A stretch of DNA of 64,000 nt from assembly GCF_009914755.1 (NCBI RefSeq), contig NC_060926.1; one strand, written 5' to 3'. Made by a program: the position numbers and the translations under genes. The DNA comes from the human T2T-CHM13v2.0 reference genome, Homo sapiens. Below are positions 31,043 through 43,357 of the stretch, one piece after another; within the stretch, counting starts at the first letter, position 1; the number at the start of each line of letters is the position of its first letter. Below the pieces are notes generated by a model. The model made no database searches. It was not told the origin of the DNA and was given only the letters and a program-made list of their open reading frames with translations.

Positions 31043-32159
31043 GACAATGAGTCTGTGACAATGCCAGCGCCAGCCTTAGACCAAATTCATGATACTCTTT
31101 TTACTCCCCACAAAAACATTACAGATCTGTGTGCATTCTACTTTATTTTTTACTGTTACACCCTTCATTGGATGAAGTACAGACCACATATGAAGGTTAA
31201 TCATTGTATCATTTCTCTGACCCAGTTGCTTGCTTTTGTCTTGAAATTATAATTCTTATCCCATTTCTAGGCTTCAGTTCCCAGGCTGTTTTTTTAATAA
31301 TAAAGTAACTTCTGCAACACCTCAGTATGCAACTTAAAAAATATTTAGTGCAGTCACAGAGGATCATTCTTAACAACCTGTTAAGAGAATTGGAAAAGTA
31401 AAAGATGACTGATGATGTTTATTGCTTTAGAGATCCAGTCCATATAGTGAAAGCACATATATTATGTTTACAACATGTTAAAAGTTTTCTTTTAATTGTA
31501 AAAAACTGGCTTTACATGGATTTTTATTAAACATTTAATTTTTCAAACTGTTACCACATCCAGTATTTCAGTGAAACCTTTTTACTCACTAAGATAGTTT
31601 AAGAAAATGATATCACCATCATTTGACCATGGAGAAAAGTGGTACAAAGGTTAGATTTGCTGAAGGTCACACACTTTGTTTCTAAGACTGTGAAGACTAA
31701 GCCCAGGTGGCTGACTTCCAGCTCTGGCCTGCACAGCGAGAAAATAACCACATTCAGAGCCATACAATGTCTTAAATTATTTAAAATGTAATGTCCTTAG
31801 GGAATTCTTGATTGTTTCCTTTTCCTTTGTTTTCATTTTTCTAAAAAGTGCTTAAGGCAGCTAAAAAAGATAGACTTCTAAAAAAAAAAAAGACTTCTTG
31901 AAATTTGCTTAATTGGCCAAGAACATTTGTTTAATTGGCCAAGAACATTTAAGTGTCTCCCATAGGGAGGGAAAATGGTTCATTGGAAAGGAAAACAGTA
32001 ATTTAAGATGGGCCTTGGATAGGAAGTTTGGTTTCTAAATGAGATAATTCATGGGAATGGCCTAGTAAGGTGCCCTGTACTACTTAAGGAACCCTTATTT
32101 GCACATGATGTTGGCCATTTCTCCACAAGAGAGTTGCTCATAGTCATACTTTGTTTCCC

Positions 32160-32322
32160 TTTTTTTTTTTTTTTTTTTTTTTTTGAGATGGGCTCTTGCC
32201 ATGTTGCCCAGGCTGGAGTGCAGTGGCCATTCACAGATGCAATCATAGCTCACTGCAGCCTTGAACTCCTGGGCTCAGGTGATCCTCCCACCTCAGCCTC
32301 CCCAGTAGCTGAAACTACAGGT
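32160..32322 (-). mobile_element. FAM-type fossil Alu monomer
   Basis: Poly(T) followed by a single arm retaining the 7SL-like cagtggccattcacagatgcaatc segment. Confidence 0.75.
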
Positions 32323-32974
32323 CCCTTTCCCACCTCCCAGCCTCCCCCACCAGTGCTTTGTTTCCTTTTTTATTTTGATGTAATGCTGTGAATTTTCACT
32401 TCTACAGAACTGTAATTTACATTTCATAAAGTAGTTGAGATTATGATCTACCTAACTGTCACAAATCCCCTCCCGCAAATGAACTCTTCCATTTGTCTCC
32501 CTGAACTGGCCAGAGAAATCTGTGGATGAGAGGAAAGTTTATCTGGGTTTTCCTACATTCACTCAACTAAGTATTAGTGACTATTATTAACACCTGGCTT
32601 CTTTACAAAGAGAAGAAATTACTGGAGGTGCAGAAGCAAAAGATGCACATCCTCATTTGACCTCCCTTCTCAGTTTCAAGGCTGAGCATGCTTCCTGAGC
32701 AGACGCCTTCCTCGGGATGCCTGGAGCCCATGAGGAATGCAGTGACCTAACGCTCCCAGAACACAATAATGAGACCCCAACTTAAGTTTCTTGCCCAAAG
32801 AAGGAGCCCATAAATTGAGTCAGGTCTCAAGAGAATCATACAACAAAGCAGATTGTGCACAACAATGCCGCTGCCTATCACTCAGCCTCAGTCTTCTAAA
32901 AAAGAAAAAAAGTGAGTGCTCTCTCTCTCTCACTGGTTTACCTGTCCCTAAAACCCATTCATAGAAAGAGTGCC

Positions 32975-34090
<1,116 letters not shown>

Positions 34091-35749
34091 TCAGTGACAC
34101 CAAATTTGAAAATTCTATAGCCAAAAGCACCTTTGTTAGTTACTAGTAGATTTTTACTTTCTCTTTCTTGCCTTAACACTGGCAGTACACAAACTAGCTA
34201 AAAGTAGCTGTCCTTTCCTTCCCATCCCATGGTGAGATCATCAAAACCTTCAGAAACCCACTCTATAGAAAGTCAAGCAGACTTGACTAGATTAAGCCTA
34301 TGGTCTCAGAACATTGTTGTTGGAAGGGGGATGAAAGTCATGTGTCCTTCTACCTCTCTTGCTCTGCTATACTTAAAGAAACTCCTAGTGATACAATCCC
34401 AACAATCAGTCATGAGTTCTCTGACCTTTCACAACACCATCTATGTTTCTTACATTGTTATCCAATTCTATATTTTTTGAATTGTTATCTACTCCATGTG
34501 GACACACATTGATTCTCCGCATAGATTAAAAGACTACATCTGATCTTGCTTCTGTGTTTTCATAGGGCTCAATAAATACTTTTAAAGTCGAATTGAATTT
34601 GCAATATTCACTATATAATTAAGAGAGAAAATTTGAGATCAAATTTACTCTAGATTTCAGATCAGTCATTTCATGGGAATCCAAACTTTCCATGTCCAGG
34701 AATTCATGAGATTCCTCCCCCAACCTCCTGCTCTTGTTGACAATGTAAAACAAACCACAGTTAGCCTGGGAATTATCTTTACGGAATATATCAGCATATT
34801 GTTTTGAGTTTTTGCACTGCATGTATTAATCAACCAAGAACACATGTCTTGGTTCAGTAAAAATTTGCAGAAAGCTAGGCATCCCATTAAAAGAATCTGT
34901 TGATGTTTATCCCCCCAGCTAGCTTTTCCTATTTTGTAACTACAAAGAATATTAGTGTTTCTTTACTTTTCAGAATCATCTACTCAGAAAGACTTCTAGC
35001 AGTGTCCTCGACAGGAAGTCACCACTGTGCTGAGGCAAGGCAGTGGGTCTTTAGGAGGTCAGGTTTCTTCCCACCCTTTGACTGCTCTGCCTGTAGATGT
35101 GTCAGCTCTTATCCCACTTCTGCTGAGAAGAGCATCCTTCAGCCGTGACACTAAACTTGTGTGAGGATGATGCAGAGAGGCTGGGCACAGGCCACATAGG
35201 CTCACCCTCTACCACTATCTTGGACATGTTAGGTTCCTACATGATGGGGAGATCAGGAGGGCTAGGGGAGCCTAGTTATAGTTGCTTTATTGGAACTGTC
35301 TGGCATAGAAGAAGACATTCAGAGGGCAATAAAGATCAGACTTTTTCAGAGGCAAACAGGTGAACTTCCAGTGATTTATTCTTAGTTAACCAACCTTCAA
35401 CCAACTGATAAGATAAACAGTATCCCTAATGCTGATCCTAAAGCATTCGAGATCCTGAAGTATCTTCAGCATTATCAAAAAGGATTAAATTGTATTGTGG
35501 TAAACAATGATATTTTAATTTTAAAAATTTATTATAATCCTCTAAACCCATGCTCTCCAAACTTTCTTATTTTATGCTTGAATCGGTTGTAAAAATTGTC
35601 ATCCCCTAATATATTTATATTTATTTATTTATAAATTATACGTATTAATACCCTACTAAAATTTTCATGATAAAACATATACAAATATAAAATATTTTAA
35701 AGGGCAAGAATGTTTTCTTGATTTTAAAATTTCCTAAAGTAGAAATAAA

Positions 35750-36590
35750 GGAATACTGTTTTAATATTTAAAAAAAAAGCTTTTTATCTGAGCTCATCAT
35801 GCCTACTAACAAAGTATTTAGAAGCATTTATGCTGAAGTAAGGACAGGAAAAATGACACTGTCACTACTATTATTGAATATTGTTCTAGAGATACTAGCT
35901 CTAATTAGGAAAGACAAACAAATTAGAATATTTGAAAGTAATACATTAACAGAATATGGTAAGTATCATTTATGTTGGCAAATAAATTCACGTGTGAAAA
36001 ACCTGAAAGAACGAACTACAAAACATTCTTCAACAATAAAAGAATAAATATATAGAAATCAGTAGCCATGACAAATACAGATGGCAGCCAGTTAGAAGGT
36101 GTACTGGAAGGTAATGCCTCATTTACCCTGAGTAAAACAAGATCAAATATCTAGGAATAAATATAAGAATCATGTCTGATAGGCAAGCAGAAATTGAAGG
36201 AACCCCAAAAGTTTGAACAAATAAAAAGACACACTATATTTTGATTAGGAAGACAGCATCCTAAAATTATCCAATATCCTTCAATTAATCTACAAATTTG
36301 ATAAAATTCCAATACAAATACCAACAAGATTCTTTTTATGTTCTGAGGTTCAAATGGAAAATCAAACAAGTAAGAGTAGTTGTGAAAATACTGAAGAAGT
36401 CAAGCAATGAGGGGCAACAATACCTACCAGATAAGAAAAAATGCATAAAGCTATCATACTCAAAGAAATATGAATGAATAGACAAATCAGTGAAATAGAA
36501 TATAAAGTCCATAAATACATCCTAATACACATAAAAATGTATATGATAAAAGAGGCATGTAAAATGAGTTATTCAATAAATGAGTCCCTG
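35750..36590 (+). mobile_element. Old L1M ORF2 relic
   Basis: ORF 35799-36047 contains LSLLLLNIVLEILA, an RT-region relic. Confidence 0.65.
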
Positions 36591-38499
36591 GAAGATAAGG
36601 AGGGTGGGAAACAGATAGGATAGGCTATGAATTATTAAGCAACTGGTTTATATCTAGTTTAACCAGCAAGATGCAGGAGCATCTTCAACTTAGTTTTCTC
36701 ATAGCACCATGATGTCCACAAATCCACTTACAAGCAATAGTTCTGTCTTTCCCAATGTTACATTCCAAGCATTCACAACCGTATCTGGACACAGAAACTC
36801 TACCATGGTACCAAACAGTAATTACTCTGCAGAGGTAATAGGTGCACACACTATTTAGGTCTGAATACCACAGCAGGGAAAGGTATGCCAGCTAGGAAGG
36901 AAATAAAATCTCAGGAAAAACGAGGGCAAGTAGAAAAAAAAAAAGATAAGAGGAACTAAATAGCCTCGCTGGGCACATACTCATGGGAACCCTGCTGATG
37001 TTGCCCAACTTGAAGATAAAGAGATGCCTATGATATAGAATCATGAAGATCTCACCTCAGAGAGATCCGTGATATGTCACCCAGGAGCATCCGTCACCTG
37101 CCGGAGCACTGTACCAGGAAACCAGAGGCATGGTTCTGTGTAATCTCGAGCAAGCTAAGTGGCCATGATGAGAATGCTTCTTCCTACTGTGCCCAGCTAC
37201 AGGATTTATGTAAGAATGACACGAAATGACAGATGTGAGTACACTTTGCAGCTCTGATCAGTGGTATCCTAATAAAGAAGAATTGTTAGCTTTGAGTTGA
37301 GCCTTGTTTGTAACAGGCACTCACTTCACTGTTGTTGCCTTTTATGTTCCGGAGTCCTGCATGATATGGACTCCAGGATAGCAAGAGTCCACATACCCCT
37401 CCCCAAGAGAAATTAAGCTGGGAGCCATGGAATTATCATCATCTCCTTGCCACCCTGTCCAACTGCAGGTCGTGGGAAGCTGAATTTACCCTGTGAGACT
37501 TCTGCTTCATTTACATTCATCTTGGCAGGCAGTGGTGGGTCGTGGGGAACCTGTTGAAAGCATGACAGCAGTGAAGGCTTTCTTACATGCTGAACTCACA
37601 TCAAAGCTCTTTTCTTCTGTGCTGACACATGTAACTCTTTACCAGTCTGATGATAACACATACAGAGACAGACCCTCGGATTCCTGCTGGGGAGAAAACA
37701 GAGCCAGAGATATGCTGTACTGAGCTGGCAAATACAGTGTTCTTTCTGTTAAAATCTGATGGGAAAGTAACTAGGCAAAAATCCATGGTGCTGGCTACGG
37801 TACAAAGATGACCAAGGCTGTCTCAGGTATCCTGGTGGCTTTATTGTCTATTTCCGGGAAAAGAGTAGGTAGGGATCAAGAGCAAAGAACATGGGAAAAT
37901 GTGCTGCTTTGTCATTGCAGTTCATTTATTTCCTAGAAATTTTGGCTTCTAGGGAAAGGCAGCGTGATATAAAAAAGAAAAAGGTACTGGACTCAACCTG
38001 ATTTAAATCCAGACCTGACACTTTGCTACCTGGATGAACTTGGGTAAGTGACCTAAGCTCTCTAAGCTTCAGTTTCCTCATCTGTAAAATGAGGATGAAA
38101 TTTTCTATGCAAGATTTTGTAAGGAAGATCAAATAAATGGACATAAAGCAATTGACACATAAATATGGAAACGATTTCTCAGCTTTCCTCCCTGAGGGAC
38201 AGAGACTCTTCAGGCTACTTAAATTCTCCCCAGACTTTTCCAAGTTGCTCTTTATCCTCATACCCTGGCCACACCACAAAAGCTGCCCACATAGAAGAAC
38301 TTGGTGAAGACTTGCTGACTATTCCCCTAAATTCTGCTTGTTTAATAAACATCTGCAGAGACAGGCTCAGCAATGGGCTCATTGTGGAGAATCCCAGAAG
38401 TGTGTGGCAACACCAAAGGAATTTTATGAAAGTCCCAGGAGAGAGAAACTGTCGTTCAAGTCATCACATAGCAAACTGCCCCTAACACGTGCTGCACAC

Positions 38500-39460
38500 A
38501 CATTAGGTGGTGACTCAGTTTTGGTGTTTGACTTGAGTCTTAAAACATAGCTCAGAACCTGATGATACTTCCCTGAATTCCCATTTTTAGTGTGAAAGTG
38601 TGTTCGGCTTCCCGTTGGCTATTGGGAGCTTGAAAGAAATTCAAGGAAGGAGACCTACAAACTGCTTATAAAGGATACTGCGTGAGCTTTATGCACTTTG
38701 GCTCTTTTAATCCATTCCACAAGGCCGTGATGCCCATTTTACAGATGATGAAACTCTTTCTGAGGTTAAGTAGCTCACACGGTGCCACAGCTAGCGACTG
38801 CGTGAGCTGAGTCACATCCAGATCGTTCAGTATGAGAATTTTAAGAGAAGATAAACATGTGATTCTCTCGAAACTCGGTGTTCTGTAGCCTGAAAACCCC
38901 TCTGGAGCCTGGTGTTTGCTTTGCTTGCAAGCCTGACCTCCGAGGCTCCTGCCATCTTCCTTCCCTCTTCTCCCCTCCATTCTCCCCTTTCCCGAACCGT
39001 TTCTTTCCCCCATTCCTTCCCCATCTAAACCACAGAAAAGCACTTCCAGGCTCCATTTCAGCCAGCAAAAATCTCAAGCCCAGGGGAGGGCTTCCGGGAC
39101 TTTCCACTGGAGGCTCTTAGACTTAGACGCAGCGTCCTCTCCTGGAGGGAGCGCAGCGTCCCCCGGGCGCAAGGGGGACGCGGTCAAGCGAGGGCGGACG
39201 CCGACTGCGAGTCTCTTTGTGCAGCACTTTGTCTTTCTCTCCCTTGGGGTGTTTTTGGGATTCCCCAACAATAGAATGAGCTGAGTTCTGCGTTACTGAT
39301 TCAGTTATCTCGGTACAAGGCGGAAAGTGCCGGGAGGAAAACTGATACCCCGTATTGAGCAAGCTGTTTTCTGGGAAACTCCGAACTGTCTCCTGCACGG
39401 TTCAGGCCCGGTTACCGCTGCCTGCAACCCCCGCCTCGGAGCCAGCTGCGCCTGGAGCTA
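38500..39460. promoter_or_regulatory. Candidate regulatory element: CpG-rich island (about 39090-39460) plus upstream AP-1/ARE/AHR-core motifs
   Basis: Local CpG density far above the flanks and not explained by a young repeat; TGACTCA at 38511, GCTGAGTCAC at 38806-38815, GCGTG twice, GGGCGG near 39192, CGGAAAGT near 39321. Confidence 0.6.
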
Positions 39461-39950
39461 AAGCCTCAGCTTTTTAAGGCATGGTTTGCACTCTTTTATA
39501 GTTGCTGAGCTACGCTAGGGCCAAACCAACCACTCATCATCAACCTCTATTCACAGCATCTAGAATAAAACCTGCCACATGGCAGGCACCCAGTAAAAGC
39601 CTTTTGGAATCGGAATAGAAGGTGGGTTGATTACACTGGGTGCTTCTCACAGCCCACAGGGTTGGGACTGACAAGTATTCCGGCATTAGTAAGGGCAGAG
39701 ACACTTTGGGCTGGCCAGACCTGATCCTGGGGAGGATCACCGGGTCATTTCTTGGCATCTCCCATCCCATCCCTGCCCTGATAGGTTTCGCCCCTTTCAG
39801 CACTCGGAGGGCCAGGCTGGTGGTTCCCATAGAGGTGTACCGCCTGGCAGCCAAACAGGGAAGGGTGTTCCCTTCTGCTCAGTTTTGATTTGAGCTTTGC
39901 AAGTGACAATGAAAATAATATTTTTGAGCAACAGTTTAAAAGCCAGATGC

Positions 39951-39954
<4 letters not shown>

Positions 39955-39994
<40 letters not shown>
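39955..39994. repeat. (CA)20 microsatellite
   Basis: Counted directly. Confidence 0.97.
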
Positions 39995-39997
<3 letters not shown>

Positions 39998-40939
39998 AGA
40001 TAAAATGTTCATGGATTAAGATTATATATTCATATAATTTTAACTATATTCATATGGATTAAAACTAATCCATATGATTATGGTAAAATAATTTAGTCAC
40101 TTGGGATTGTCCTTATTTTACAAATGAGAAAACTATGGCTCAGAGAGGATAAGGAACTTGCCTAATTTCACTCAACCGGTGAGTCACAGAAATGGGATTC
40201 TAACTCACACTTGTCTGGTCCCGAAGCCCACAGATCAGCCTCGGATGGAAGCCAACATACAGTCTTTTCAGTTCTTCCTGGGCACCCCCAGGCACTCCAT
40301 TTTCCCATTTCTCAGAAGTCGCTGACCCTTCTTTTATTTAAGGAGCACAGTCGCTGCTATCTACAGCCCCCGCTTCTCTGGGAAAATACAAAAGGTTTAC
40401 ATCATTTCTGCTTTGATGGGAACATTCACCCTCGCCCTGATTTTGTCATTTTTTCTGCCTTTTCACTCCTATCATTAAGTAGAAAGCCCTGACTCCACCT
40501 GGAGATAAATTAGGTTTGAAACAGAAGAAGGAAGTTGTCTCTCACTCCCTTGCCAGAAAATCACCCAGTGTCTGAGGCTGCAGAATGGGTTCCCTGAAGG
40601 TGCACATGGGGTCAGAAGGGACAGCTGGGAAGGGTGCCAGGCTGGCCCTGCCCTCCCATGAACCTAACTTTTCCAGTGTCGCCATCTGACCCAGGATGTC
40701 AAGAATCGGACCATGCCATAAGGATTAAATGAAACAATAAGCACAAAGTTACCCAGGACAGTGTCTGACAAATGCACACTGTGTGCCCTACCTGCCCCTT
40801 CCTACTACTTTTTAGCATCTCCTCCTCTTTGGTTTTCTCCTGTTTTCTTCTAGAAGTTGTATAGTTTTGAATTTTACATTTAGGTCCATGATGCATTTTG
40901 AGTCAATGTTTTTGAACAGTATAAGGCCTGTGTCTAGAT

Positions 40940-40941
<2 letters not shown>

Positions 40942-40980
<39 letters not shown>
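40942..40980. repeat. (ATT)13 microsatellite
   Basis: Counted directly. Confidence 0.97.
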
Positions 40981-41184
40981 TTGCATATGGACATCCAATT
41001 TTTCCAGTACTACTTGTTAAAAGACTAGTCTTTATTGAATTGCCTTTTACTATTTGTCAAAGATCAGTTGACTATATTTGTGTGTCTATTTCTAAACTTT
41101 CTTACCTCTTCCATTGATTTCTGTGTCTATTCTTTTATCAATACCACGCTGTCTTTATAACTTTATAGCTGTATAGTTAGTTTT

Positions 41185-41535
41185 TGCTATGGTCTGCATG
41201 TTGGCATCCTCCTAAAATTCACATGCTGGAACTTAATGCCCGATATGATGGTATTAAGAAGTGGGGCCTTTGGAGAGTGATTAAGTCATGAGGGTTCTAC
41301 TGTCATGAATAGGATTAGTGCCCTTATAAAAGCAAGCTCCCTTGTCCCTTCCATCATGTAAGGACACAGCAAGAAGGTGCCATTTATGAAGCAGAGCAAG
41401 TCCTCACCAGACACCACATCTGCTGGTACATTGATCTTGGACTTCCCAGCCTCCAGAACTGTAAACATAAATTTATGTTGTTTATAAATTACGAGTCTAA
41501 GGTATTTTGTTGTAATAGCCAAACACACTAAGACA
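41185..41535 (+). mobile_element. MLT1A-type MaLR solo LTR nested in the L1M
   Basis: tgctatggtctg...ttagtgcccttataaaag...ggacttcccagcctccagaact...ctaagaca. Confidence 0.8.
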
Positions 41536-43298
41536 GTCCTGAAGTCAGGTAATTTTAGTTCTTAACATCATTCTTCAGTATTGTATTGTCTGTTCTGGGT
41601 ATTTTGCCTTTCCATATAAAATTTAGAATCAGAGGGGCACTATCTAAAAATAGTTTACCTAGATTTGGAGTGGAATTTCATTAAATCTACAGATCAGGTT
41701 AGGAAAAATTAATATCTTAAACACTATTGAGTCTTTTAATCCATGAACATGGGATAGCTCTTCATTTATTTAGATTTTTTATTTCTTTCATCAGAGTTTT
41801 GTACTTTTGCACATATAGATTGTGTACATATTTTGTTAGATTTTTACCTAGGTATTTCATTTTTGTGCTATTGGAAATGCTATTGTGTTTTTAATTTCAA
41901 ATTCCAATTGTTTATTACAAGTATATAGGAAAGCAATTGACTTTTGTATATTAACCTTGTATCCTGCTATAATTGTTTATTAGTTGAAGGAGGTTTGGGT
42001 TCATTTTGGGGGGTTTTCTACATAGCCTAACTTCTCCAGTTTCACCATCTGACTCGGGATGTCAAGGATCAGGCCTTGCTATAAGAATTAAATGAGACAA
42101 TCAACACTAAGGCACCCAGCAGTGTCTGACAAATGCACACTGTATCTACTACCTGCCCTCCTCTCCTACTACTTCTTAGCATGTGTTCCTCCTTGATTTT
42201 TTCCTGTTTTCTTTTAGAGGTTTTATAGTTTCAAATTTTATATTTATAACCATGATGCATTTGAGTCAGACATGTCATCTACAAAGACAGTTTTATTTCT
42301 TCTTTCCTCATTTTTTTTATTGGTTTTTTTTTTTTTTTTGGACGTTTTGTACTAAGCAGGACTTCCAATATGATGTTGAATAAGACTGGTGAGAGGAGAC
42401 ATATATACTTTGTTCCCAATCTTGAGGAGAAAGTACCCAGTTTCTTACCATTAACTATGATGTTAACTGTCGGCCTTTTGTAGATCTTCTTTATCAAGAT
42501 GAGAAAATTCCTCCTTTTTACTGAGAGTTTTTGCTGAGAGTTTTTATCATGAATGGGTGTTGGATTTTGTCAGATGGTTTTTCTGCATTGATTGATATGA
42601 TTATATGAATCTTCCTTTTTAGTGTATTAATGTGATAGATCATATTAATTAATTTTCAAATGTAGATTAAGCCTTGCAAATCTTGAATAAACCCCACTTG
42701 GGCACAGAGTATGGTTGTAGTTTTTTTTATACAGTGTTAGATTCAGTTTGCTTATATCTTCTTAAGGATTATTTTATCATTTTCATAAAAGATATTGGTT
42801 TGTTGTTTTTCTTTCTTGTGCTCTCTTTGTCTGATTTTGGTACTTGAAAATGCTGGCCTCACAGAATGAGTTAGGAAGCGTTCCTTCTGTATTCTACAAG
42901 AGATTGCAGAAAATTGGTATAATTTTTTCTTTGACTGTCTGGTACAATAACCAGAGAAACCATCTGAGTCTGTTGCTATCTGCTTTGGAAGGTTATTTAT
43001 TATTTATTGCATTTCTCTAGTAAATATAGGCCTACTTTAAATTATTTATTTCTCTTTGTGTGTGTTTTGATAGTTTGTGTTTTTCAAAGAATTAGTCCAG
43101 TTCATCTAAGTTATCAAATGTGTAGGCAGAAAGCTATTTATACTCTTTCTTTATTGTCCTTTAAATGCCTTGCGATCAGTACTGATAAACCCTCCCCAAT
43201 CTCTGATATTAGTCATTTGTATCTTCCTTGTTTTTTCTCTTGGTGAACCTGGCCAGAGATTTATCAATCTTATTGATCTTTTCCAAAACCTCCCCCCG

Positions 43299-43357
43299 CC
43301 ACACACACACACACACACACCACACACACACACACACACCACACACACACACACACA
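43299..43357. repeat. Interrupted (CA)n microsatellite
   Basis: Seen directly. Confidence 0.95.
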
